Source of the DNA: the human T2T-CHM13v2.0 reference genome, Homo sapiens
Direction: 5' to 3' (one strand)
Assembly (NCBI RefSeq): GCF_009914755.1
Contig: NC_060930.1
DNA: 64,000 nt
Each line of letters starts with the position of its first letter. The first letter of the stretch is position 1. Positions 1 through 16,139 of this stretch are shown here, piece after piece. Made by a program: the position numbers and the translations under genes. Under the pieces are notes generated by a model. That model worked only from the letters and a program-made list of their open reading frames with translations. It was not told the DNA's origin and did not search any database.

Positions 1-149
1 TCCCTCCATGTTCATGTAATAGTTGTTTCGCAGAGGGAAATATGAGTATAGTTAATATGTCTGTATAAGAGTATACCTTATCTTGGTTTACTCTTCAGAG
101 ATATAAACATGCAAACCACACATACACACAAACACACCAGGAGGTCTCA

Positions 150-521
150 CTACAAATCAGTGCAGTAACAATCCCCAAATCTCAGTGGCTTAAAACAACA
201 AATGTTTATTTCCTGCCATGCATGCCTGCTGTTCATGTCTACTGTGAGTTGGCTCTATGTCATCCTCTCTCTGGGACCAAGACTGATGGGGAGCACTAAC
301 TTGAAAAATTGCATGTCACTTCAGCAGAGAACAAAATACATCCCATGGATCGCATACTGGCAATTGGATGCTGTAGCCCAGGAGTGACACACATCATTTC
401 CTCTTCCAACTCACTGGCCAGAACTAGTCACACAACCCTGCCCAACCACAGGACAGCAAGGAAATGCAATGGGATCATGTGCCTGGAATGAGAGAAGTGG
501 AACGGCACTAAGGACTACCAA
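150..521 (-). mobile_element. MaLR LTR, old MLT1 (MLT1K/L-like)
   Basis: ccccaaatctcagtggcttaaaacaacaaatgtttattt ... cactggccagaactagtcaca ... gactacca, typical reversed MLT1. Confidence 0.7.
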
Positions 522-639
522 AGTTTATTAAGTATTGAAGCTGCTAAATAAGGCTATTCAACAGGGGAGGGGAAATGAGGGGTGGCAAGTAAACAGGTGA
601 AAGAGTTTTGTTGTTGTTGTTAGCATTTGGATTTTCTTA

Positions 640-845
640 AACTTTGAAAGATTGAAGTATGACCATAGAGATAAGTGTGCAAATCATAAATGTACAGCTC
701 AATGAATTATCAGAAAGTGAACTCATTTGTAAAATTACCACCTAGATCAAGAAATAAAATATTACCAGTTCCCTAGAAACCCACGTTGTGACCCCTCCAA
801 TTTCTACTTCTGTTCTTCCTCCCAAAGTTATCCTATAGACTGAAA
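640..845 (-). mobile_element. Old L1M (L1ME/MD-like) 3' UTR fragment
   Basis: aagtgtgcaaatcataaatgtacagctcaatgaatt ... accacctagatcaagaaata motif. Confidence 0.65.
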
Positions 846-1128
846 ATTTAAAAGAAATACACATTTTCACACTCATCATGAAGGAAGTAGAAAGTATCAT
901 TCCTTTGGGGTTTCTCTAAACCTTGGGGAGAATGACTATATTGTTATTTTGGATAACTGAAACCTACAGAGGGTAAAGAATGAATCTGAGTTTACTAGGA
1001 AGTAGCACAAACCAGGGAGAACTAGGTTCTCTGAGACTTGGAGGATGGAAAGTTCTGTGAATGGAAATGATACAGGTACTTGCTCCCCTGCACTCCTCAA
1101 GGTGTCAGGACCTACGATGATGCTGTAC

Positions 1129-1266
1129 CTTGCTTCCTGGGAGTTAGCATTGGCCATCTTGGCTTTGGAGGCTTGCAGCCCAGACTGAGGCAGACTGGAA
1201 TGCTGATGAGTTTCTCTGTGGCAGCTATGCCTGATAAACAGCAGAGGGCCAAACTCAACGCTGGTA
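1129..1266 (-). other. Candidate internal exon (138 nt)
   Basis: Minus strand: cacttctctttctcctgtcatttcccag acceptor and AAG|GTACAG donor; unique sequence. Confidence 0.3.
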
Positions 1267-1485
1267 CTGGGAAATGACAGGAGAAAGAGAAGTGATAGCA
1301 ACCAAACCGGACTAAGGCCAGGCCCTGCCCTATCTCCTGGCCAACACTCAGGATTCCCATTCTATCCAAGGAGGGGTGGTGGTGGTGGTAGTTAAGTGTC
1401 CCAGTAATGACCACTTTTGTATGTCCTCCCAGCCAAGGAGGTGGAGGCACAAAGCCAGATATAATTTAGCTTAAAACACAAAACA

Positions 1486-1800
<315 letters not shown>

Positions 1801-2025
1801 CCCCACAAAAACAACAAACCCACCAAAATTAAACATTAAAAAACAAAAAAAAAATTATGCTGTTTCTAGCCCGATTTAAGGAGCAAATTTAAGTGGAGCC
1901 ATGTCTGGACTCTGCAGAAAATGTTGCAGTTTACTGGTGATGTCTACTATGGGCGCATCTAAAGCTATGCTGTCTGCCATCTTTGTTGTGGAGTTTGGTA
2001 AAATCATGTTCCTCTCCCTCCTCAC

Positions 2026-2254
2026 TTATGGGATAGGGTGGGTAGGGCCTCTTTCCTCGGTTGTTATCTGAGCAGAGGATAGTAATTCCATCTTCCTTCA
2101 GTGCCAGGTGGGCTGTGAATGTGAACTTGTCCTCAAAATGCAGTTTCACCTTCCTGTTGTTGATGTCCAAGTCTGAGGTAAAGCAGCGGAGCAGAGGGTT
2201 GGCACTGTGTGTGTTCTCTGTGAAGCCCAAGGTGTACCAGTACCCTGACATAAA
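2026..2254 (-). other. Coding-like candidate exon or pseudo-exon of unidentified gene (FMSGYWYTLGF...KRPYPPYPI)
   Basis: Branch CTCAT + pyrimidine tract + CAG at 2255-2277; open frame with 39 of first 53 codons ending G/C; ATAA|GTGAGG donor at 2025. Confidence 0.4.
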
Positions 2255-2277
2255 CTGGGGAAGGGGCACACAATGAG

Positions 2278-2828
2278 TGTATCATTCCGGGTCCAACCAG
2301 AGAAGAAGATGGATATGTATATATAATTCATTTGAAACACAATTATAGGAGCTGGCTAAGCAGCCTCCCCAAGGCTGTTTCCTTGACTAATGTTTGAGCC
2401 TGAAGTCCATGAGCAGGCAGGCAAGGAGAGCTGATGAGAGCAACCTAGAACCCCACGGGTTCTAGGCCAGACTGAAACTCATCCTTTTTTTTCCCTCTCA
2501 CCTTGATGATGAGGGTATCCTGCAGAAGTTGAGGCCCTGTGTCATGTTGCTGAACAAGTCATCACCCACCCCAGGGGTCAGAGAAGCTGTAGGAAGGTCC
2601 AGAGGGAAGGGAGGGCAGCGACAGGCCCAACCACAGCTTCATGTCAACGAGGTGAGTCAGCAGATCAGCAAAGCCTGTCCATGTGCTGCAAAATGGCTGT
2701 CCCTGCCATGCCTCCCTCCATCTCTCATGAGAGAATAGCCCTCTAGCTCTTCCTAACTGGAAACACAGGAGAAAGAATTCTGGGAAATGTAGTCTAGCCT
2801 AGCCAAGTTAGCATATTCCAAAGCTCAC
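2278..2828 (-). mobile_element. ERVL solo LTR (MLT2F-like) with APOA4-like internal segment
   Basis: gaattctgggaaatgtagtctagcctagccaagtt reversed 5' end; related copy at 39948-40898. Confidence 0.7.
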
Positions 2829-2937
2829 TAAGGCTGTGGCTCTGCCCACTTCTCAGGAAGTGAGTTTGGTCTTTAAACCAATACCATGTGGCCTCCCGTT
2901 TCCCCAGCTGTTTTCTGCCTCTGCTGGCAGAGCCGCT

Positions 2938-3330
2938 TGTGTTAGTCCAGGCCAAGGAGCAGACACCAAGCTAGATTACATGTGCAAGATATTTACTAGG
3001 GGAAACACCTATGAAAGAAAACAGGGAGGAAGCCGAGAGAAACTTGGAGAGCTTTCATACCATGATGCGAGTCCAACCTGGGGGAAGGAAGAAATGAAGG
3101 TTGGATAGAAACGACAGACTTCGATGCAATTCTAAGGAAGGTTGGGCAATGCTGCCTGTCAGAGCAGCCCTGCTTTTCCCTGAGGCAGGTCTGTTTTAGC
3201 ATCCCGATGTGCTTAGGAGCAGCATTTGGGAAGTGTGGCCTGCAGGAAAACGCAGAGTTGCATTTCAGAGCACAGCGTTGGGGGCTCCTCGATCAATTGC
3301 TCTCCCGGCAATAGGAGGTCCAAAGGTGCC
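2938..3330 (-). mobile_element. ERVL LTR (LTR16-like)
   Basis: gcagacaccaag...atgtgcaagatatttactaggggaaacacct...gcaattctaaggaaggtt pattern. Confidence 0.6.
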
Positions 3331-4671
3331 TTGTCCTGGCCATGCTGCCTCGTTCTCATTTCTTGCTTTGGTCAAAACTCAATCAGCCCACCTTCCTCTT
3401 TTGGAGCATGAGAAGTAACTAACTAGGGCCAGGAGTCTTGCTGGCGCCTCTTTTGCCCAATGCCTGATTTCTGTTCAATCAGGATAAGCTGTCAGGAGGA
3501 GATGGTGGCCATACTTGGAGGTGAAGGGAATTCCAGAATATTCAAGGAAGATGGAATTGTTGCCTTGATCATACAACTGGTCTAACCTTAGATCATTTTA
3601 TGAAAGTGTTTGGCTAAATATTAAACACTCCTGATGCCCTGTGATTTATTACATATTTCTTAAGGAAAAAAAAAAACAGAACCAATGAAGTTTTCTGCTA
3701 TGAAGGCGGAAGTATGGGATTTGCTAGAGACAGGGATTTGGAAAATATAGGTCAAGGCATTTTCTGCAGTCTTTTATTTCTATTCTCTTGAGAAATCAAA
3801 GGTAAGCATCTGTAACAAATGAACGTAATGAAATGGAAATAATTTTTGCCTAGGCATTGGGAAGTTAACGATTCATTAAAATGTTAACTCCTGGAAGGCA
3901 AGGATTGTTTTTCTGAAGCTGTGTGACACCTAGCGGGTATCTGTACAAAACAGGACTTAGTTGCTCTTTGGCAGTGAGTCTTTTGAATTTTTGGCTTTCT
4001 TTTCATAGTTGCGTAACAGCAAAAATAAATTAATTCCCATTGTTCATGGGAAATGTGGGGTGGAATGCACCACAGCCTTACCAAAGCCTGACATTAGTAT
4101 CTCGCGTTTACAGCAAACAAACTCCAGTTTTGCAATAAGTGCAAATTACACTTTTGCAATTCTACTTTTTCTGTAATGCTCACTCACCAGAGATTCTTTT
4201 CCGATCGAGCATACAGTCCCCATCATGGTTTCTCATCTATGCAAAGATGGAGTGTGAGTGGCTCTACTGACCTTTGTTCTCAGTTTTCTGCCCTTAGGGT
4301 CAAATTATGCACTTTTAATGAGAATTCATATCATTTTTTTTCAATGAAAATACGAAGGGCTGATTGGCTAGATTGTTGAAGCCTGTACTGACAGCTAATA
4401 AACGAAAAGGATCATCAAGGAATCATCTCCCTTCCAGTGTACCTGCCTAATGGGAAAAACACAGAGGTAAATTGTCTTTATTCCCTGTTAAGCCCTAAAA
4501 ATGGGAACAACAATGCCTTCGGATTCAAATTCCCTAGAGAGCATTTGTTTGTTTCAAGGTTACAGATGAATAAGCCTCACACGCTCATTAGGCCCCACCG
4601 ACCTCCTAATCAGCTCAGGAGATACTGAAAAGCAACCCTCTGTTAGTAATTTCTGGCTAGGACACTGTCTT

Positions 4672-4974
<303 letters not shown>

Positions 4975-5182
4975 AGGACACTGTCTTGAAAGAACTTGTT
5001 TTCCCCTAATTTAGAGCAGTCCCCTGGGTGTAGCAATGTTTGCTGGAGCTTGGTAAACAGTCTGTCTGACACATTGCAGTTGTTGGCAGCTTCACACCAA
5101 GATCCTCATCAGGTCTAAAGACTCAGAAGTGAATTCATTAATATCTCCCAGACAAGGCCTTCCACTACTGCAACAGTTATCA

Positions 5183-5476
<294 letters not shown>

Positions 5477-6043
5477 TGAATTGGAAACACGTTAAGAGCC
5501 CCAACCTTGGATTACTTAGAAAACAAGCCTGAATCTCTTTCCCATTGATAACAGTGTCTGTTTACCCATTTTCTTCTACTTTATTCTTCATAGCCAGGCC
5601 TATCAATTTTGCCTGTAAAAAGTCTCTCATTGCTGCCTCATTCTCTTTTCTCCCACAATCAGGGATTGTATTCAGCTACACTTGTAAGGTACAGGTAAAG
5701 CCATGACAGCTGGCAAATAGCCACTGGTGAGTGCTTCCCCCCACCCCATTATCAGCCCTGGGCCGACCCAGCACACACCAGAGCACCAGGCTGGCCACAG
5801 CTCCAGCCCGGTTAGATGATCTGCTCTACCTAAGTCTTTACCGCCTGTGATAGGCTGATAAAAGTCCCCAATATATCAGGTCTGTGGTAGCTTACCTTAA
5901 AAGTCAGACACCTGTGATTATTATTTCAAGTGGCCAAAGATGTCATTAAGTGAAGGATTTTGAGATCAGAAGATTGTATTGGATTATCTCGGTGGGCTTC
6001 TAATGTAACCCCGTAGTATGCCTCTAAACAGGCAAACAGATTT

Positions 6044-7582
6044 TGTGTCCAGAATTGGTGGGTTCTTGGTCTCACTGACTTCAAGAATGAAGCCGCAAAC
6101 CCGCTCAGTGAGCATTACAACTTTTAAAAGCAGCGTATCCAGAGTTTGTTCCTCCTGATGTTCGCATATGTTCGGAGTTTCTTCCTCCTAGTTGATTCAT
6201 GGTCTTGCTGGCTCACGAGTGAGGATACAGACTTTCACAACAACCGTTACAGCCGGTAGGACTACTTAAGGCAAGACAGCCTTCACTCCTCCTGGTGGGT
6301 TCATGGTCTCACTGGCTTCAAGGGTGAAGCTGCAAGCCTTCACGCTGAGTGCCACAGCTCCAAAAGTAATGTAGACCCAAACACTGAGCAACAGCAAGAC
6401 CTATTACAAAAGACCAAAAGAACAAAGCTTCCACGGTGAGAAACCAAAACGGACAGCTTTGCTACTGCTGGCTTGGGGGCAGCCTGCTTTTATTCTCTTA
6501 TCTGGCCCCACCCACATCCTGCTGATTGGTCCATTTTACAGAGAGCCGATTGGTCTGTTTTACAGAGAGCTGATTGGTCCATTTTGACAGGGTGCTGATT
6601 GGTGCATTTACAATCCTTCAGCTAGACACCAAAGTTCTCCACCTCCCTACTAGATTAGCTAGATACAGAGTGTCGATTGGTGTATTTACACACCCTGAGC
6701 TAGACACAGAATGCTGATTTGGTGTATTTACAATCCCACAGCTAGACATAAAGGTTCTCCAAGTCCCCACCAGATTAACTAGATACAGAGTGCCGATTGG
6801 TGTGTCCACAAACCCTGAGCTAGACACAGGGTGCTGATTGGTGTGTTTATAAACCTTGCACTAGATACAGAGTGCTGATTGGTGTGTTTACAATCCCTTA
6901 GCTAGACATAAAGATTCTCCAAGTCCCCACCAGACTCAGAAGCCCAGCTGGCTTCACCCAGTGGATCCGCACCATGCCGCAGGTGGAACTGCCTGCCAGT
7001 CCCACGTCGTGTGCCCGCACTCCTCAGCCCTTGGGCAGTCGATGGGACTGGGTGCCGTGGAGCAGGGGGCGGCACTCGTTTGGGAGGCTCAGGCTGCGCA
7101 GGAGCCCACGGTGTGGGGGCAAGGCTCAGGCATGGCGGGCTGCACGTCCCAAGCCCTGCCCTGTAGGGAGGCAGCTAAGGCCCAGTGAGAAATCGAGTGC
7201 AGTGCCGGTGGGCCAGCACTGCTGGGGGACCCGGCGCACCCTCCGCAGCTGCTGGCCCCGGTGCTAAGCCGTTCACTGCCCGGGGCTAGCAGGGCCGGTT
7301 GGCCGCTCCGAGTGCGGGGCCTGCCAAGCCCACGCCCACCCGGAACTCTAGCTGGCCCGCAAGAGCCACGCGCAGCCCCAGTTCCCGCCTGTGCCTCTCC
7401 TTCTGCCCCTTCCCGCAAGCCGAGGGAGCCGGCTCCACCCTCGGCCAGCCCAGAGAAGGGCTCCCATGGTGCAGCGGTGGGCTGAAGGACTTCTCAAGCG
7501 TGGCCAGAGTGGGCGCCAAGGCTGAGGAGGCGCCGAGAGTGAGCAAGGGCTGCGAGGGCTGCCAGCACGCTGTTACCTCTCA
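6044..7582 (-). mobile_element. LTR12 (ERV9 solo LTR, LTR12C-like), full length
   Basis: Minus strand starts TGAGAGGTAACAGCGTGCTGGC and ends GGACACA; GC-rich U3, tandem U3 repeats; 4-bp TSD attt at 6040-6043 and 7583-7586. Confidence 0.95.
6460..6900 (-). promoter_or_regulatory. LTR12 U3 enhancer/promoter with CCAAT (NF-Y) array, GATA site and AATAAAA TATA-like box
   Basis: Eight intact ATTGG motifs between ~6525 and ~6882; ttttatt 6488-6494 next to cttatct; fires toward lower coordinates. Confidence 0.75.
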
Positions 7583-7875
7583 ATTTGACAGCTGACACAC
7601 AAAGAAGAAGGCCATGTGAATATGAACAGGGAGAGACTTGAAGATATTGGCCTTGAGAATTGAAGCATTGTAGCTATAAACTCAGGAATACCAGAGCTAC
7701 CAGAAACTGTTAAGAGGCAAGTAACCCATATTCTCCTATGGTTTTTAGCAGAAGCATGGTCCTATTGACACCTCTATTTCAGACCTCTGAAATCCAGAAC
7801 TGTGAGAGAATAAATTTCTGTTGCTATAAGCCTCCCAGTTTGTGATAATTTGTTATAGCAGCCCTAAGAAACTAA

Positions 7876-8358
<483 letters not shown>

Positions 8359-8379
8359 TAGCTTTAGTTTCCATGAATA

Positions 8380-8570
8380 GTAATAATAATAACTTTATTG
8401 AGTGCTTTCGATGTGCTAAGCACTGTGCTGAAAGATTTATTGCAAATGTGACATTTCATTCTTGCAAAAACACATTGAGTTTAGTATTATTATGCTTACT
8501 TTACAGAAGAGGAAACTGATGCCCAAAGAAGTTAGGTAGCTGCTCACGTGAATGGCAGAGCTGCAGGCAC
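8380..8570 (-). mobile_element. MIR
   Basis: tttattgagtgct...ttacagaagaggaaactga core. Confidence 0.75.
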
Positions 8571-8695
8571 CCTCATGCTCTCAGCCAGTGTACTGTTTTT
8601 GTTCTCCCTCCCATCTGCTTGTTTAAAACTTACCCTCATTCCAGACTCAGTGCATAGACCACCTTCCCTCCAAGCCAAGTTCTATTCTTCTGTAA

Positions 8696-9164
<469 letters not shown>

Positions 9165-9861
9165 TTAAAAATGTAGATTTTAAAAATTAGGATTATTCTT
9201 TTTATCCTATTTTGTAATATGGTATTGGCTCAGAAACATAGCCCTTCCCCAAAGTTTTTTTTATTGTTCCATGCATGTTAGTTTTCTAAGTAGATTTTAA
9301 ACCTAGAAAACAGAGGTCATGATTTATACCATTTCGACATTTCTAGTTACCTCAGAGTATATAATTGGGTACATGGCACTCATTCAATAAACACTTGAAT
9401 TAACCAAGAAAAATGTTTAATCAACAAATATTTATTGAGTGGGTTAGGCTTCTCTGACCTTTTAGTTAACAATAAACTTAATCTGTGAGTTGAAAGCCCA
9501 GCTGAACAACTCACTTTAGGTTGGAATAACCTGCTGATCTTGGAGACAGAAGCTCATGCCGCTTATTAGTGTCTACACATAGGGTGAGCCATTAAAGCTC
9601 TGTCAGCCTCATTTCTCCAACTGTATAGGTGAGAAATGTGTGCTTGATTACCTTATCAACTCTCTCACCTCTTCCAGGATTATGTGAGAACCAAATGAGG
9701 TAATGTTCAAATGACATAATACACAAGAGCACTCCATAAAATAAGGAGGTATGTTATCATTCTTCTTTCTAACCTTGCTATAGTGGGTGAAATGTGTTCT
9801 GAATATACTTACAATTTGTCCCCACTATTGATCACATCTACATCTTGGTAACATGATCTAA

Positions 9862-10201
<340 letters not shown>

Positions 10202-10418
10202 TTTTCCTAGGATTTTAATCGTATTTACAACAATTTTTAAAACTTAGTTTTAGTGCTCACTGCTAGTTCCCTTCAGTCATGACTTTCTTATTCAGTGTTT
10301 GAATTCTTTACTTTGTGAATATTTCCAAGTAATTGTTTTAGAAAAAACACAAGTGGTAAATCATCCAGTTCTTTAATGTCTGGACAATGTCTGAATATTC
10401 TTCTGTTGCCCTTTATAT

Positions 10419-10610
10419 TAGAGTTGCCAGATACAGGACACCCAGTTACATTTGAATTTTCAGATCATCAGTGAAAACATTTTAGTATAAGTACGTCCCA
10501 TGTAGTATTTAGGACATACTTACATTACAAGCATATTCATTGTTTATTTTAAATTTAAATTCAACTGGGTGTTATGTTTGTGTTTTAATTTTCTCAACTT
10601 GGTAGCCCTA
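10419..10610. mobile_element. MER53 palindromic MITE
   Basis: gttgccagatacaggacacccagtt...agtataagtacgtccca/ggacatactta...aactgggtg...ggtagccc inverted symmetry. Confidence 0.8.
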
Positions 10611-10696
10611 AAATATATACAACAATTTGATTATAGAATTATTGGGTTATAGCCTTTTCCTCTCAAATCTTTGAAAGTGATACACCATTAACTTCT

Positions 10697-11393
10697 TTTT
10701 TTTATTATTATACTTTAAGTTTTAGGGTACATGTGCACAACATGCAGGTTTGTTACATATGTATACATGTGCCATGCTGGTGTGCTGCACCCATTAACTC
10801 GTCATTTAACATTAGGTATATCTCCTAATGCTATCCCTCCCCCCTCCCCCCACCCCACAACAGGCCCCGGTGTGTGATGTTTCCCTTCCTGTGTCCATGT
10901 GTTCTCGTTGTTCAATTCCCACCTATGAGTGAGAACATGCGGTGTTTGGATTTTTGTCCTTGCGATAGTTTGCTGAGAATGATGGTTTCCAGCTTTATCC
11001 ATGTCCCTACAAAGGACATGAACTCATCATTTTTTATGGCTGCATAGTATTCCGTGGTGTATATGTGCCACATTTTCTTAATTGAGCCTATCATTGTTGG
11101 ACATTTGGGTTGGTTGCAAGTCTTTGCTTTTGTGAATAGTGCCGCAATAAACCTACGTGTGCATGTGTCTTTATAGCAGCATGTTTTATAATCCTTTGGG
11201 TATATACCCAGTAATGGGATGGCTGGGTCAAATGGAATTTCTAGTTCTAGATCCCTGAGGAATCGCCACACTGACTTCCACAATGGTTGAACTAGTTTAC
11301 AGTCCCACCAACAGTGTAAAAGTGTTCCTATTTCTCCACATCCTCTCCAGGACCTGTTGTTTCCTGACTTTTTAATGATGGCCGTTCTAACTG
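10697..11393 (-). mobile_element. 5'-truncated L1PA (PA4-like): ORF2 C-terminus and 3' UTR
   Basis: ORF 10912-11283 matches L1 ORF2 C-terminus ([13 protein letters not shown]...FSLIGGN); perfect 16-bp TSD tacaccattaacttct at 10681 and 11394. Confidence 0.96.
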
Positions 11394-14300
11394 TACACCA
11401 TTAACTTCTAACCACCATTGTGGAGTCTGATTTTTATTCCTCTTCTGGCAACCTTCTTTTTTTGTTCTTCTGAATGTGGTAGGGATTTTTCTTTGTTTTT
11501 ATGATATAAAGATTTGTAAGGACATATAGGAATTTCAGGCCTTTAATCAAGGCTTATAAGACTTTTGGGACTTTGGAAATTATATCAAGTATCTGGTAAC
11601 CAATCTTCATGACTTACCTTAAACTTTTCCTCCCCGACCCCTTTTTGTTTAAATATGAACTTATTGAGGATGTCAGCTGTGTATTTACATCTCTGAGCCT
11701 GTAATCCACAGAACAGTGAGAGAGAGTTGAAGAAATGTTGGTTACAATATCAAATGAATGAATGGGGCTGAACATTAGAACTAGCCACACGTTTCTCATG
11801 CATAGTGTCGTCAAATGATTGCACAATAGTTAAGTGTAACAATATGAAGATAAACTCTGAGAAAAGTTCCCCAACATAAGGAATACCCTCAAGAATGAAG
11901 CAATGAACATTGGTTTCAAGGAATGGAGAGATTAAAACAGGTCTTATTTTTTGGTATGGAGGATATGATGCAGAAAAAAATTTAATTACAAAAACATAGG
12001 CTATTAGGCTATTACTTTATTCAGAAGCAGAGTGAAATTCATATTTCATTTTGTCACCCTTGCTGAGAGGCCCAGGAGCATGAGAAAATAATTTTCCCAC
12101 TTTGTAATGAATGACAACAGGGTACCCCCACTGTTAAGAAGAGCAACATTCCAGCATTTCACAAAGCCGAGAGGCCAGGGAGAGCTCCTTGGATTGGGTC
12201 CAGACAGACTGTTCCTGGAGAGGGTTGTAAAGGGCAAAGACTTCTGAGGCCATCAGCATGTTGCAAAGGGAGGGAAATACCCTTTGATGTGAGACGGCAA
12301 CCCTGAGTCAGCGGCCTAATTTCCAGTCTCAAACTGTCTGTAAAATCAAATCACAATCGGACTTTGCTGCGTACTTCGGCTCTGAGGTCGTCACCCTCCA
12401 GAGAGTGAGTTCATCTTCCTTTAGTTACCAATCTCTCCCAGCTCTTCCATGACTGGAGCAAATAATGCACATATGGCACGCAGTTCTGCAGGTGCTGTGA
12501 AGATTTTTCTCCACTGCCTGTACTTTAGCACAGATTCATTTTCTTTAGAGCAATAAAGGTAAATCTTCTTTGAATTATCAAATCTTAGCTGCTAACCTCA
12601 GTGAGATTTAAGCTGCTTCTAATTTGGATCCCATCTGCCTTGCCTTCCTTTATTGGCTTATTGTTTATTCAGTCACATAGCTTTCCCATGGCATCTGATT
12701 TCCCATGAGATCCTCTTCTTTAAAAGTTAAGTAACAATAATAACAACAGTCAAGCTCCCAGTGTTCTAGAATTCTACCTGGAGCTTTTTTCTTCAGCTGA
12801 GCTTGATCCCAGCACCACCCTGGATGCTAACCCTTGGATAGTGGCTGCTACCTCAATAAGGTCCTGAGTCTCTCTCATAATTAAAAGATTATGTGACTTC
12901 AAGAGCCCAGAGGGAAAGCGTTCTCATTCCTAGAGCTGTATCACCACTGTTCCTGATAAAGTGTGAAAAAATCAAGTCTTGAGCAATGTCATTGCCAGCT
13001 TGTAAACTTGAGTATCAGAATGTCACACCAGGAGTTTTCAAACGGCATGTGTGTGTTTGTGCGTATGTGTAGACCTACATATAGGCATGACATTGATAAC
13101 TATGAGTTACAAATGGGTTATGCAACTGGAGAATGGATCAGACCCAGTATAGAATCTTTTCTATTGCCTCCAGAGATTTATCTTGATCAGAATCAAAGCC
13201 TTGACATTTTTAACCATTTATTGAAACTCTATGGCTCTTTTCTTGAATTAAGAGATTTGATTCTTATGAGAATCTGGAAAGGACAACAAAGGAGGCGCTG
13301 GTCTCTGTCTGCTGGCAGGTGTTTGGCAACGTTTAGGAGAACGTGCATATAGTGTTATATAGGATGGGGCAATGAAGCTATTTCTGAATCTTTGAACTAA
13401 GTCTTGCTTTTGTGGAACATTATCATTTCAAGTGTGCTATTTTACCACACACTTCCAGGTCATGGTGGCCTCATTGTTCTACACCTGCTATCTTGAGGGG
13501 CATGGCCTAACTGTTAATGATGCCATGAATATGCATGAAGAGAAGTCAAGCAGGTAGCTTTGATATTAAGAAGTGATAAAAATCATCATTAATGGATTTA
13601 ATGTAGTTACCCTAAGCAGGCATCCCAAAGTAACATAAATACACAGGATAAAATATGCATAGATGAGTTGTATAATTCCCTTACCTTATTAAGTAGGGTA
13701 AGTATTAAGTAATAAGTAATTTTTCACCCAGCTAGAACTGGGAGAGAATGTGTGCACTATTGTATGGCCCCAGACCACGTTGGCACTGACCGTTCTCTTT
13801 CTTCCCATTCCATTCCCCATGATTGATCCTGTTGGGTGTAAAATACATAAGGAACAAAAAACTGCTGAATCTGGGGGGAAATTCATTTTTTTTTAAATTC
13901 TAGGCATTATTTTATATGGTACTGAACAGTCCTTCCAAGGCCAATAATGTAGGTGATTCTAGTGAAGTTCATTGTTGAATCCAGGACTTGAGCAGAGAAG
14001 AGACTGGACAGGCTAAGAGGAAGGAATTGGGCTTGGTATTATCCAGACACCAGTCATCAACTATCAGAAAATCACTATGTAGCATACTGATTGTAAGGAA
14101 AGGGCTGATTAAAGGAATATGCTATGCAATGTCTGATGTCAGACTGGGCGGGAGGACTCATATGCAAAGCAAATTCTGGATGTGTAGGTCAGGTTTGGGG
14201 TTCTGAAATATGATTATGCACAAGCGGGAGACCAAAATGCCTGGGCTTGGTTCTGTAGCAGAGAATACCCACTGACATGAGGGGAAGATCTAGTGGTAGA

Positions 14301-14544
14301 TAGCAAGGCCCTGCAAGGGACCTAGAGACATCTGGGTAAGAATCTAAATATGCAAGGTGCATGTTAGGAACACAGACAATAAATGCCTGGGTTGCAGAGT
14401 CAGAGCCCAGACAGAAAACGCTTGAGCTCCAGGAACAGTGCCCAGACATGGCATGCCTAGGCAAGGGGACAGAGCCTCATTACACAAAAACTGGGAAGGA
14501 TCAGCAGCAAGGTGATAATGACACCAATAACGATTACAATAATA

Positions 14545-14750
14545 AACATGAATAACCATAGCTAATATGTACTGAGCATTTGTTATATTCCAGGCTAAGT
14601 GCTTAACTCATACATGTTTTTTATTCTCATTTAACAGGGGAGAAAACTGAGGGCTAGAGACGTTAAGTACACAGTTTAAGGTGAAACAGTGCTAAATGGC
14701 AGAGCTGGGATTTGAACCCAACTTTGTCTCACTTCCAAGCTCCTGAGCTT
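14545..14750 (-). mobile_element. MIR
   Basis: aaaactgagggctagagacgttaagt...gagctgggatttgaaccc. Confidence 0.75.
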
Positions 14751-15033
14751 CCCTCTTTTCAGGACAGATCCTGATAGAATTTCCTTCCCAAGGTGGTGAG
14801 GAGGCTGGAGCCTGTAGCAGGGATGGCACACAGGTACACATCAAAAGCAGATGAGTGCTGCTTCCAAAATTAACGTAAGTAAATATCCAGCCTGGTTATG
14901 CAAAAAGAATTCTAGCCTTCAAAACCTCTGAAAAGTAATCACCCCACCATGCTCAACATGGATGAAGATCTTCATGGAAATCTATTGTCTGTTTTGAAGA
15001 TATAAATAATGCAATTAAAATATAAAGTGATAT

Positions 15034-15304
<271 letters not shown>

Positions 15305-15307
15305 TTA

Positions 15308-16123
<816 letters not shown>

Positions 16124-16139
16124 TAAATTGAGAAAATCT

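Noticed and set aside
6520-6930. Regularly spaced repeats resembling a CRISPR array
   Set aside because: LTR12 U3 tandem repeats, no unique spacers, human DNA
6960-7580. CpG-island-like region with overlapping ORFs
   Set aside because: GC-rich U3 of LTR12; the ORFs reflect stop-codon scarcity
12963-13352. 129-aa ORF in unique sequence
   Set aside because: GTG start, no codon bias or recognisable domain; length within chance expectation
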